This document shows positions 25,915-39,337 of a DNA stretch of 64,000 nucleotides, one piece after another. Position numbers and translations under genes: made by a program. The stretch is from Octopus vulgaris (lineage: Eukaryota). How positions within the stretch are numbered: the stretch's first letter is position 1; the number at the start of each line of letters is the position of its first letter. The notes beneath the pieces are model-generated. The model was given only the letters and a program-made list of their open reading frames with translations. It did no database searches and was not told the origin of the DNA. The stretch is from positions 63,302,001 to 63,366,000 of the forward strand of contig OX597824.1 in assembly GCA_951406725.2 (NCBI GenBank), read 5' to 3'.

Positions 25915-26370
25915 TGAATGATGAATGATGATGATGACGATGATGATGATGATGATGAAGATGATGATGATGATTGTGATGATGATGATTGTGGTGATGA
26001 TGATTGCGTTGATGACTGTGGTGGTGGCGGTGGTCGTCGTCGTCGTCGTATTCGTCTACGTCGTTGTCGTTGTTATGTTGATATTCACGTCGACGACAAC
26101 GATGATCGCGCGGATGAAAATTGTGTGGCGATGGTGGTGGTAGTGGTGGTGGTCGTCGTCGTCGTTGTCGTCGCTATGATGATCATAATGATGATGATGA
26201 TAACGACGATAGTGATGATTGAGGGATGGAGGTGGTGGTAGTGTTGGTAGTGGTGGTGGTGGTAGTGGTGGTGGTGGTGGTGGTAGTGTTAGTCGTGGTT
26301 GACGACAAAAACGACTCCAACGACAAGGATGATAATGATGATGATGGCGACGATGACGACGACGATATTG
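25915..26370. repeat. (GAT)n/(GGT)n/(GTC)n compound tract
   Basis: Seen directly. Confidence 0.9.
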
Positions 26371-26719
26371 TACATCACAATTTTACTACTGTGAAGAACT
26401 TCACAACTTTTCTTCCTGCATCAAGCAAAGCGCTTTTACGCTGCGCGTTCAAATCCCAGTAAGGCGAACTATTCCTTTCTCCCCCAATTTTTTTTTTCTT
26501 GGGATCGCTGTAGTGAATACCAGTGACTTATTGGGGTCGAGGAAGGGGAATTTTATTCATTATGTCTCTTCGTTCCTAACAAAACTAAAATAATTAAAGT
26601 TGTTATGGTGGTTAGGCTTCTGGAAAAGGTAAGACTTAAAAGCTACTACTACTACTACTACTTCCACCACCCTCCAACATAAATGATAATTTGTATTAAT
26701 TCTAAGGTAGGCAGAAATC

Positions 26720-27050
26720 AAGGCGGCGAGCTGGGAGAATCGTCACCGTGCCAACGAAAATAGTTTTGATTTTACGTTCTGAGTTCAAATGCTGCTGCGC
26801 TCGACATTTTGGGTCGATGAAATAAGAACCTGATGTAACCAACTTATCCTCATTCCCAAAATTGCTGGCCCTACCCCAAAATTTGGGAGATCTGACTCGA
26901 TAAAAGCGACCCCAGTTCTTGCTTCTATTATCGATTCCTGGAGGTGCAAAAAGTTATGCTAACCTTGCCGGGATTTGAATTCGGAAAGCAAAGAGCCACA
27001 AAAATACCGCCATTTTATACGAGCTTTCAGTGATTCTGCTACCCCATTAA
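26720..27050. mobile_element. Adjacent SINE A copies: plus (26720-26890) then degenerate minus (26890-27050)
   Basis: aaggcggcgagctgggagaatcg...gttctgagttcaaat, followed by gggatttgaattcggaa...gattctgct. Confidence 0.65.
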
Positions 27051-27527
27051 CCTTGTACGAACCCCAGATGCAAGTAAGACCCAAAGAAATAAGGCCCGTA
27101 AAAACACGTGGTATAACACAGTTGGGAATGAGTTAAAATGAAACTATAAAAGGAAAACAACAAAGATAGGGAAATATGTTGTCATCAAAGAAAACGCTTC
27201 CAACCGATGACGGGGTCTGATTTCTGTAGCCGTCTTCCAAGACGCCCAATAGATCCTCTCTTACCCTAAACACGAAGGGCTCGTGGCCTGTCTCAACTTT
27301 GTCTCCCCTCTGATAACATTTTTAGATTAAGCACCTTCATTCGGGTCATGTTCGTTTCCCTTAACCCGCCTTTTAATAATCAATTTGATTGGGAATAATC
27401 ACATATCTGTTTAACCACCAGGGCCTGTTCAGGTTTACAAATAGTGTTTAAAAAACAGCCTGCGGATAGAGATTAAAATTTATATATAACCAAAAATAAA
27501 GCGGTGAAACACATTATATCGTATACT

Positions 27528-27908
27528 GATTTCAAATTCTGGTACCAGGCCAGCAATTTCGGAGGAAGATTTACGTCGATTACAGCGGCCCCAGTACTCG
27601 TCTGGTACTTATTTTATCGACTCCGAAGGTTGAAGTCAAAGTCGACCTCAGTGGAGTTTGAACCAAGAACGTGAAACGAACGAAATACCGCAAAGCATGC
27701 TAACTATTCAGTCCGCTCAACACTCGAGGAAGAGGTTTAAGTCCATTTCAGCGACCCTCACTACTCAACTAGTACTTATTTTATCGACCTCCAGAAGGAT
27801 GAAAGGCAAAGTCGACCATGGCAGAATTTGACCCCGGACGTGACAACGGAGAAATACCGCTAACCATTTCGCCTGGTGTTCTAATGATCCTGCCAGCTCG
27901 CAGCCTTC
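27528..27908 (-). mobile_element. Two tandem SINE A copies
   Basis: tacttattttatcgac...gaaaggcaaagtcgacc...gaatttga...tgccagctcgcagcctt. Confidence 0.8.
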
Positions 27909-27999
27909 ATTATACCTTATGTTAGGACACTATATTTATTTGATTTTATTTACAAACATGTGTGCATATTCATTTCAATATGATTGTGTGTGTGTGTGT

Positions 28000-28046
<47 letters not shown>

Positions 28047-28401
28047 TGTGTGTCTGTGTGTGTGTGTCTGTGTGTGTGTATGTGTGTGTGTGTAACTATA
28101 ATGTTTTATCTAGACACACTAGGCCTACCATTTGAATGGAGGAGTTGGTTAGCTACATCGGCTGCAGTACTTGTCTGGCATTTTAGTTCATCCACGCCGA
28201 AAGAAGGAAAGTTATGCTTGTTGAGGTAGTTTCTGTCGCTCTTTGTGCTGTAACTTAAAATTTGTGAGATTTGATCTCAGAACAAAAAGACCCGCTACTA
28301 ATACTGCGAGATATCCAGGCCGAAGGTCTATCCACCCATCCATTCATCCGTCCATCCATCCATCCACTCATCCTTCCATCGTTACACACATACATGCTTA
28401 A

Positions 28402-28432
<31 letters not shown>

Positions 28433-28819
28433 CACACACACATGCATACACATACATATATATTCACTTACATATATACATGCAGATATAGTACATACGA
28501 ACATGCATATATATTTGCGCATGTATGTATAAATAAATATATACGTACACATATGCACCCAAAACTCAGACACAAATAAATAACATAAATACTGAAGAGA
28601 AAAAACTCATCATATAAGAGCGGCATCTTTCCTCTTCAAGGGAGAAGACTCCTACCATCTAGGGGTCAGGGTATCAGCTCCACTCTAAGGCACTAATCCA
28701 CTCCCCCGCAATCCTTCTACTGGTATATTCAAAATCCAAGTTTACTCGTCACCATCTTCTATGTGTCAAACAAATACCTAAATTTCAGGTGAGGATATAG
28801 ATACTATATAAAAATAGTA

Positions 28820-29356
<537 letters not shown>

Positions 29357-29666
29357 CTGTGCACTTCTTGACTACAAACACGCGCAACCTCTACCGTTAT
29401 CATTTGCTATCGCAAAAACTTGCCATCATCATCGTCGTCATCATCATCATCATCGTTAGCATCATTGTCGTCGTCGTTGTCAACTTGCCTCCTAGGAGGC
29501 AGCAGCACCGCTGCCACCACTACCAACACAACACCTGACGCTACCCCCCCACCCCACCCCCATCATCTCTATCAGGAACAGCAGCAACATCATTATCAAC
29601 ACCAACAACTATATATATATATATATATACACATATAAGTGTGTGTGTTTGTGTGTATATATATAT

Positions 29667-29716
<50 letters not shown>

Positions 29717-29774
29717 ATATATATAGATAGAGAGAGAGAGATACATATGTGAGTGTTTGAGTGTGTGTGTGTTT

Positions 29775-29810
<36 letters not shown>

Positions 29811-30182
29811 ATCACTAATTCCTACGATTGAAACGTGATTTCAACCATTTCCTGTTTTTTTAGTAGTTTTTCTGATTTCTTATTTTGTTTTATTTGTTAA
29901 TGTGTGTGCGCGTGTGTGCGTGTGCATGTACGTGTGTAACAGTGAGTTTGTGTGTTGATGTGCGGTAATGCCGACTCAGTGCTTGCTTGTGTGTGTGTGT
30001 GTGTGTGTGCGTGCACGCATCGGACTATGTGCGTCACCGTGTGTAAAGAAGTGCGTGTGTATGTCTGTGTGCATGCCGGTATGTGTGTGAGCTGTTGTTT
30101 ATAAAGATATGTATGCGTAATGGCGTGTGTGTGTGCGTTTGCGCGTGCGTGTTTGTGTGCGCGTGTGTATGTGTGTCTGTGT

Positions 30183-30219
<37 letters not shown>

Positions 30220-30304
30220 GGTGTGGTTATCAGTTGGCATGATGATGTAACTGTGATGTTTGTTGGGAAACTGACAAGAGAGGAGGAGACAGTAGTTGTA
30301 GTAG

Positions 30305-30750
30305 CAGGAAGGAGAGGAGAGGTAGGAAGAGGAAAAAGAAGAAGAAGAAGAAGAAGAAGAAGAAGAAAAGAAGGAGGAGCAGTGGAGAAGAAGCGGAGGA
30401 GGAAGGGAAGAAGAAGAAGAAGAAGAAGAAGAAGGAGGAGGAGGAGGAGGAGAAGAAGAAGAAGAAGAAGAAGAAGAAGAAGAAGAAGAAAAAGAAGAAG
30501 AAGAAGAAGAAGGAGAAGGAGAAGGAGAAAGGGAAGGAGGAAATAGGTAAAAAGATGTGGAGGTGGAGAAGTAAAAATTACAGTAGAAGAAAAAACAAGT
30601 GAAAAGTAAAGAAAAGCAAAAGTAGAGAAGAATAAGAAGGAAAAGAAGAAGGAAAAGAAGAGAAGAATAAGAAGGAAAAGAAGAAGAAGAAGAAGAAGAA
30701 GAAGAAGAAGAAGAAGAAGAAGAAGAAGAAGAAGAAGAAGAAGAAGCTAA
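30305..30750. repeat. (AAG)n/(AGG)n polypurine tract
   Basis: Seen directly. Confidence 0.92.
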
Positions 30751-31534
30751 AAGTCAAGAAGCAACAATAAAAATAACTTGTGTGTGCAACAGCAGCAGCA
30801 CCGGTAGCAGTAATAACACCGCTTCTACCGCCTCCAAGAGTCACTTCGCCACCACCAACACACCAACAACAGCAACAACACAACAACAACAACACAAACA
30901 CATTTTCCTCACCGTCACTACTACCATCATTTCATTCACCAGCACCACCATCACCACCACCGGCAATACCGATTCCACAGTGACTATAAGAAGATTATCT
31001 TCACCGGCACCTCCACTACCATCTCCGCACTATCGTCTCGACAATCTTCACCACCGCCAAAGCAACTCTATGGCATAACTACCAGCGCCTCCACCACTAC
31101 CACAACAACAACAACCACAACAACAATAACAATGTAAGCCTTACCGACCCCGCATATCACCTTCCCCCACACACATCAATTACAACAACCACAACAAAAA
31201 CAAAATTATCAATCTTACACATCTGCCCAGGATGCCTTGACGTGGTCACTGAACGGGCTGAAAATAGCAGTCAAATCTGCTCTCCCCAACCACCATCACA
31301 CGCGCGCATACACACATACACACAGTCCTGCTAGCCTTGACAAGGCAGGGGACACGAAGGATAAACATAGCGTTAGATATATGTTTAAGACTAGATGGTC
31401 ATAGTTGGATTGCATTTGAACGTAGATAATGGAGAGCTGAGTTGTGGCTGAAATAAAACAAAAGTTAAAATTACTACCACCACTACTGCTAAAACTACGA
31501 AGACAACGTCGTTGTTGACATCGTTGACCTCTCA

Positions 31535-31672
31535 CCACTACCACCTCAACTACTACTACTACTACTATTATTACAACTACTACTACCACTACTGCTACTA
31601 TTACTACTAAAACCACCACCACTACCACCACCGCTACTACTACTACTACTACTATTACTACCACTACTACTG

Positions 31673-31704
<32 letters not shown>

Positions 31705-31705
31705 G

Positions 31706-31754
<49 letters not shown>

Positions 31755-32017
31755 AGGCACCACATGCCAAGAAGCAGGCAACTTTTTCTACTATCATTAA
31801 TGGGACAATTCTTTCAACCGCTGTTGTAGCTTTTCCTTCTTTGCGTCTCTCTCCTCTCTCCTTCCTTCTCTTTCTCCCTCTCCCCCCTCTCTCTCTCTCT
31901 CTTTCTCTTTCTCTCACTTTCATCTTCTCATCTTTATACTGGGTCTGTCTCTTCACACCTCTTCATTAATAACGGTAGTTATAGTAATAACAACTAGCAG
32001 TAGTAGCGGTAATAGTT

Positions 32018-32078
<61 letters not shown>

Positions 32079-32319
32079 TAACAATGATAACGATAATGAT
32101 ACTAGTAATATAATGACGATAGTGATGTGATGTTGATGGTGATGGTGTTGATAACAAGGGCGATGTTTCTTCAATAAACATTTTATTTTCGCATTGGTAC
32201 GGACATACCTTCTTCAGAGTGAGTGAGACAAGGATGCCGCACCTACGTCGTTAAAGGTAAGTCTGTAAAAGTATCCCTTTTATTTTCTTTCCTTTTTTCA
32301 CTCTTAAAATTAACCGTTG

Positions 32320-32360
<41 letters not shown>

Positions 32361-32555
32361 GCAACATTTAAACACGTCTTGCTTTAATCATTACTCGGGG
32401 CTAAATAGCAGCCACAACTATCACAACAACAATCTCTGTGATGTTATCATCGTCACGAACACATGGTTAGTTCTGTGTTCATGTCCGAGGGTTAAAAAGA
32501 TGCATCGTCATCATCATTAGCATCGTCGTCGTCATCGTCATCATCGTCATCATCG

Positions 32556-32597
<42 letters not shown>

Positions 32598-32613
32598 CCA
32601 TCATCATCATTAG

Positions 32614-32666
<53 letters not shown>

Positions 32667-32685
32667 CCATCATCATTATCATCTT
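31535..32685. repeat. (ACT)n, (AAT)n, (AAC)n, (ATC)n microsatellites
   Basis: Separate runs at about 31548-31753, 32020-32075, 32321-32365 and 32505-32685. Confidence 0.9.
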
Positions 32686-32907
32686 CGTCGCTGTCTGAAG
32701 CAGCGGCAAAAACAGCGACAACACACGGCTAGTGTATTTTCTTTTATTTTTATTTTTTGTGTGTGTAAAGTCGCATGTGGTCAGGTCTTACCTAGGGCTA
32801 AACAAACAACAACGACAGCTGTGACATTAACATCAATAACTTCTACAACAACGACAACACCAATAACTTTAAAACAGCAACGGCGGCACCATTAGTTAAC
32901 AACAATA

Positions 32908-32946
<39 letters not shown>

Positions 32947-33230
32947 GTTGCTACTACTACTGCTGCTGCTGCTGCTGTTCATACTATTGGAATAACAACA
33001 AAACTTACCACAGCAATTATCACAATAAGAATACCAGCCGCACTAGTAGTAGTGGCAGCCGCAGCAGTATCTCATACTACAACAATAACCACAGCAACAA
33101 TAACTACCACATCAACAACTGCAACAATAACACTATAATAAATAACAGATAACGCATTACTGGTCGAACTTTTATTACGAGTCTACATGATCAGGACTGA
33201 CTTGGGTGAAATTGTGATGATGATGATGAT

Positions 33231-33945
33231 AACAACGATTGCATATGACTGGTATATCTTATATTATAGGCCTGCTGGGACCGGGTCTCGCCAAGGGCTA
33301 AACAGCGATTGCATATGACTGGTATATCTTATATTATAGGCCTGCTGGGACCGGGTCTCGCCAAGGGCTAAACAGCGATTGCATATGACTGGTATATCTT
33401 ATATTATAGGCCTGCTGGGACCGGGTCTCGCCAAGGGCTAAACAACGATTGCATATGACTGGTATATCTTATATTATAGGCCTGCTGGGACCGGGTCTCG
33501 CCAAGGGCTAAACAGCGATTGCATATGACTGGTATATCTTATATTATAGGCCTGCTGGGACCGGGTCTCGCCAAGGGCTAAACAACGATTGCATATGACT
33601 GGTATATCTTATATTATAGGCCTGCTGGGACCGGGTCTCGCCAAGGGCTAAACAACGATTGCATATGACTGGTATATCTTATATTATAGACCTGCTGGGA
33701 CCAGGTCTCGCCTAGGGCTAAACAACAACGACTGCATATGACTGGTATATCTTATATTATAGACCTGCTGGGACCAGCTCTCGCCTAGGGCTAAACAACA
33801 ACGATTGCATATGACTGGTATATCTTATATTATAGACCTGCTGGGACCAGGTCTCGCCTAGGGCTAAACAACAACGATTGCATATGACTGGTATATCTTA
33901 TATTATAGACCTGCTGGGACCAGGTCTCGCCTAGGGCTAAGCAAC
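33231..33945 (+). repeat. 70/73-bp minisatellite, 10 near-identical units
   Basis: Unit aacarcgattgcatatgactggtatatcttatattatagRcctgctgggaccRggtctcgccWagggcta starting at 33231, 33301, 33371, 33441, 33511, 33581, 33651, 33721, 33794 and 33867; no spacers. Confidence 0.97.
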
Positions 33946-34468
33946 AACAGCAGCAACAGCAAAACCAGTCATGTGTGTCACCGACACACATGACTGGTAT
34001 ATCCATTATCGTAGACCAGTTCCATCAAGATTGTCCTTGGGCTAAACAGCAGCAACGACGACAACTATAACACATGGCTGATATATTTTTCACCACAGAT
34101 CTGCTGGATCAGGTCTGACCTAGAGTTAAATAACAGCAACAGATGCACTTTTTATAAGATTGATCCAGAGTGAAACAACAGCAACAACGACCAGCTCAAT
34201 GAGTTTTCTACGTCTTCGGTCTGTCTGTTAGAAAGAGCAGCCAAAATCGTTCTCAAATTACAAGTTTGCCTTTCAAATGTTTGAACACTCCTTTTTGAAA
34301 AACAGGCGGAATGCTTACGACTGGGGCGCCTTCGATTACAGCTTGATACCATTATTGATAACCTTGAGCCCGGGGTTAAATAAACAAATGACAGAACACC
34401 GCACTTCACTTCCAGACGGGCACCGCCACTACACCACCGTATGGTCACTGCTACTACTACTACTTGCG

Positions 34469-34517
<49 letters not shown>

Positions 34518-34615
34518 AGGTGGTGGTGGTGGTGGTGGTGGTTACCGTTAGTTTAGCATTGTTCTCTCCACATTTTAACAGGTCTTTCTAGATGTATCTT
34601 ATAATTACTTTTCCT

Positions 34616-34670
<55 letters not shown>

Positions 34671-34675
34671 ATTTC

Positions 34676-34717
<42 letters not shown>

Positions 34718-35254
34718 AACTATTTATATACATACACACACATGCATACATATATACACACGCATATGTTTATATATATGTATTGATACATTTTGTTTGT
34801 TTGTGTGTGTGTATATATATATGTGTGTGTGCGTGTGTATGTATGACGCAGCGCACTCCCCCTCATCTGGTCTCTCTTGCTCCCCTCTCACTCTGTTACT
34901 CTTTTTCTCCTTTTCTCAAATACACACTAGACCAAATGTTGAAAAAAAAAGGAAGGTTTGTTACTTGGTGATTAAAGAATGATCAGAAAAACGGTCAGTT
35001 GTAATTCGAACTAAGAACCATGATGTCTGAAAGTGGACACACTGGTTATCAGACATATTGATCTCCATTGATGTTAAAAGAGAGATGTAATCACATCGAA
35101 ACCCGCCTAGCATTTCACCCTCTGGGGACAATATAATAGACTCGGTAAATACTTTCTGCTCTAACCTTAAGTTGACGAAAGCCCGGAGACGAAATCTGGG
35201 TGAAAACAAACCAGAAGTGCAGATCCTCTTTAGGTATAGAAGATAAAAACAATC

Positions 35255-35780
35255 AGGCAGTTTAACACCTTAACAGTTAGCCCTTAGATATACTTATATC
35301 ATATGAACAATCGGCCAGCTTAATCTACCCTCCTTACTTGGCCCTTAGATACCTCTTAAATGCTTTTAGGTGTGGGAGATGTGAACTATTTGTCGGTTCA
35401 ACGACCACTGTCCCTTATATGCCTGACACTTAATTTTTTAGGACTGGAAGATATTAACTACCAACCGGTTTAACAGCCCCTACCTCTTCGATGATTGATC
35501 GTTAAATGTTTTTAAGGGTGGAAAATATAAAGTTTCGATCCGTTTAACAGCGTTTACTCCTTCGATAGAAGGCCAGTGAAATCGAATGGCCGGCCATTTT
35601 AACAGCTCCTACGCCTTAGATGTCAGGCTTTTAAATGTCCTAGTGGTGAAAGAGTGGAACCGTCGACTGGTTTAACATCACTTACCCCAGATGCTGATGG
35701 TATGAAATATCGACTGATGATAATGAAATATCGTCTGGTTTTACACATCCCCCCGACAGGTCCTTAAAGATCCTTGGCGA
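35255..35780. repeat. Old, diverged tandem repeat (about 56-74 bp period)
   Basis: Recurrent ggtttaacagc...ccttagat...ttaaatgttttta..gtggaa at about 35260, 35318, 35394, 35467, 35541, 35597, 35669 and 35737. Confidence 0.65.
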
Positions 35781-35919
35781 TGCTTATTCTGTAGTGAGCA
35801 TTCGAATCAGGATTTTGTTCTGAGGTTAACTTGCCCATCCACTATCTTCCTCTAACCAGTTTCCGAATCTCTGATGAAAAATAAAAAATACTGCAATTAA
35901 TTAAATTCTGGCCCTATTA

Positions 35920-36145
35920 ACAACCTGTAGCAAATTTGGTGAGACCTCATCTCACTCAGATATCGGTATCAAGAATTATTTTCATAGGATGGATATCTTG
36001 TGCCACAGTATATTGGTAAATTTCAACCAACACATTGATTCTGAGATACAGTTTCACCCATAATCACGTTGATCCGTTCAATCTTCTTAAGAATATCACT
36101 ACCAATCGTAACGAAATTGCCTCAGAAGAGGAAGGACTCCACTTG
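35920..36145 (-). pseudogene. Possible degenerate RTE-type LINE RT C-terminal remnant
   Basis: VESFLF*GNFVTIGSDILKKIERI resembles the VxxFxYLGSxI...EIxxRI motif; very decayed. Confidence 0.35.
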
Positions 36146-37094
36146 GTTGACTTTGTTTTGAACGCACGATACGCCGACAAAATGTTTGATAGTAAAGCAT
36201 TTACATATTTTTATGTTTTTTTACATTATTCATGCAGTGGAAAACATTGTTATACATTATTTATACATTATTTCACAATATTTACACATTCCACACGGTT
36301 TATACATGTTTTTATACAGTTTACACATTTTTTATAGATTATACATTTAATATGTCTTCATGCATTATTTAACATTATTATGCTATATTAAGATATCATT
36401 TTATATTATTTACACGTTATACATACATGAATCAAACATTGTTATAGAATATTGACATATCATTACACATTATGTATTAATTATGCAATGCTATATACAT
36501 TACATATATGCATCATTTATACATTATTATACATTATTTAATATAATACATTATATTTTTCATTTTCGAATAAATAGTTTTTAGTAGAAGTGGAGTTTTG
36601 ATGTTGTGGCAAGCATGCTATTTCCAAAAAGGTTCAAGAATAGAGGTGAAGTATTTCCCTCAACTAATGCAAATGAGACAGATGTTGTCAGATCATTTTA
36701 AGAAAAAAAAATTGCACAAAATTTTCAAAAAGGTGCAGACTGTGTTAGAAAGAAATCCAATATGACAATAAGTATCTAAGCATTGCATAAAGGTCGATTT
36801 TAGTCAACTTCGTTGGAGAAGGTACGAGCACGATAGCAAATATTCTTACCGGTAGCGTAACGATTGATAAAGACCTAGTTTTCTATGGTATTCAAGAACA
36901 TTCATTCGCTTAAAAATTAGAATATTACAGTTAAGAATTAGCTCAAATCAAAAAGAAAAAAATATTAGCATAAAATCTTGAAAATAACGTAACCTGATCC
37001 CAGTGTGACAGATCTCAATCACAATTTGACAAATATAACACCAGTCTATACGACTGATATGGCAATTTTCTCTTTCGACCAACATATCTCATTC

Positions 37095-37125
<31 letters not shown>

Positions 37126-37147
37126 TGTATGTATGTATGTATGTATG

Positions 37148-37545
37148 AAAGGCGGAGGAACTCTTGAGTGTCATCGGATATCCAATAAATGTCTTAAGGC
37201 TGTATCATGCGCGGGGACATAGAAATAATTGGACTGAATACCCGATCGCGCGGTTAAACCATTGGTAGTGAAGGACTCCAAGCCTTTGTTAGGGCATCCT
37301 TCTAGGAGAAGGTAACTCGGGTAACTGGGATGACTCCGACATAAAACCTGCGGCTCAGGGGTTACCGATGATGTTGACTTGTTCTTCTTTTCGGATTATG
37401 GCTGCTGTTGCTTAGTGAATGGGATTGACTCAGTGCACAGCCTTTCCTCACTTTAAAAAAAATCTTCTTGCACAGGCATTGGACGATAACAACACTGATT
37501 AAGCTTTGTGCAATGGCCATACTCGATAACGAGGGGGCAGCCACC
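37148..37545 (+). mobile_element. About 400-bp non-autonomous retroelement (RTE-related?) inserted in (ATGT)n
   Basis: Complex GC-richer block bounded on both sides by (ATGT)n; contains tctaggagaaggtaactc, reminiscent of an RTE 5'-UTR motif. Confidence 0.55.
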
Positions 37546-37576
37546 ATGTATGTATGTATGTATGTATGTATGTATG

Positions 37577-37607
<31 letters not shown>

Positions 37608-38307
37608 GTAAGTATGTATGTATGTATGTATGTATGTATGTATGTATGTATGTATGTATGTATGTATGTATGTGTATATTATATATACGTGTGTCTGAGG
37701 AGGGGCGCATTCACGTGTGTGCTTGTGTGGGTGGGTCTTTGTTTCAAATACCTCTTTGCTTCTATAAGATTTTCCAAACTCATATTTCGCTCTCGTTTCT
37801 TTTTTAACGTTTTCTATCGTTGATTACATTTGTTTGTATATGTGTATGTGTGTTCCTCTGTGTGTGTGTACGTGTGTATGTGTGTGTGCGTGTGTGTGCA
37901 TGTACATACATGAATGTGTGTGTGAGTCTGTGCGCATGTGTGTGATTAAGGTGAGTGTATGTGTGTGTGTGAGAGAGAGTATGGGTGTGTGTGAATATGA
38001 TAATGCAAAGTCATATTCCTCAATGACCATCATTTGGTAGCATGTACCATAATTTGCATATTTGTTTTAGATGCGAGCAGATATAGACAATCTCTCTAAC
38101 GTTCCACCCTCAATCTCAAGGAGCGTCTAACTTGTGATAGTTGGAGGGAGGAGCAGATGACCCAGCCTTTCGCTGACACGCATTATGGCTTAGTCGACCG
38201 GAGCAATGTGAAATGAAGAGTCTCGATCAAAGACAAAGCAAGCCGCCCCTTCTAAGGATCGAATCCACGAACCTTTGGTCATGGGGCCTACATTCTAGTG
38301 ACTACGC

Positions 38308-38386
<79 letters not shown>

Positions 38387-38558
38387 ACACACATATACAT
38401 ATCCATGTAAGAGTGTGTACCTTCGGGCGTGTATATACCACAACCTACGCATGCTCACAAGCACAGAAGCCTCCCTCACATATCTATATCTATATACTCA
38501 CGTTTGTGTGTGTGTGTATGTGTAAATGTATTAGATTATCCAGATTATTATCCTCATA

Positions 38559-38784
38559 CAGTAATCTATCGACATATCGCGGTTCACCTATCGCGGTTTA
38601 TTATTTAAACTTACGTCGATTTCTCCGTGGTGTTGTTTAGCATTTATAATAAAATAAATATATACAAATTATAAAAATAATAAAAATATATATAGTGTAC
38701 AGTACTGTTTCTACTTCGTGGGTTTTCATCAATCGCGGGTGGCGGTTTTGGAACGTAACGCCCGCGATAATCGAGGGATTACTG
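38559..38784. mobile_element. pogo/Tigger-type (Tc1/mariner superfamily) MITE
   Basis: TIRs cagtaatctatcgacatatcgcg / cgcgataatcgagggattactg, flanked by TA on both sides. Confidence 0.88.
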
Positions 38785-39063
38785 TATTTGTATTGTTGCT
38801 TATGTAACATTTGTATATCTATATTGAAGGATTTACCATGGACTGTAAATTTATGTAGAAAAGTTATAAATGCTTTAACGCTATATATCACAACTAGTAC
38901 ATTCTGTGTCTTTACTATCACTTACTCGAACTCTGAGTTTCTTGTAGCAACATTTGCGCTTCAATTTCTCACTTGTTTAGGACGTTGCAGTTTAAGAATT
39001 AGATCTAGTTCGAGCACTAATTCGGTTCTTATTTATTGTACGATCTTTGTACGTATTGTCATC

Positions 39064-39066
<3 letters not shown>

Positions 39067-39161
<95 letters not shown>

Positions 39162-39196
39162 ACACACACATACACACACTCTCACCCTCCCTCTCT

Positions 39197-39243
<47 letters not shown>

Positions 39244-39337
39244 TCCCTCCGTCCCTCTCTCTCCCTCTCTTTCTCTCTCTCTCAAACATACACACACACA
39301 CATTCCCTCCGTCCCTCTCTCTCCCTCTCTCTCTCTG
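39067..39337. repeat. (CT)n plus about 60-bp higher-order (CT/CA) repeat
   Basis: Seen directly. Confidence 0.9.

Noticed and set aside
33231-33945. CRISPR-like array
   Set aside because: Units are contiguous and near-identical with no unique spacers; eukaryotic context with no cas genes.
35708-35740. Hammerhead at CTGATGA-taat-GAAA
   Set aside because: No stem II and no stem I pairing; it arises from a local duplication of tgaaatatcg.
36580-36790. Additional mariner fragment
   Set aside because: Only a faint KRFKNRGE-like resemblance; too decayed to support.
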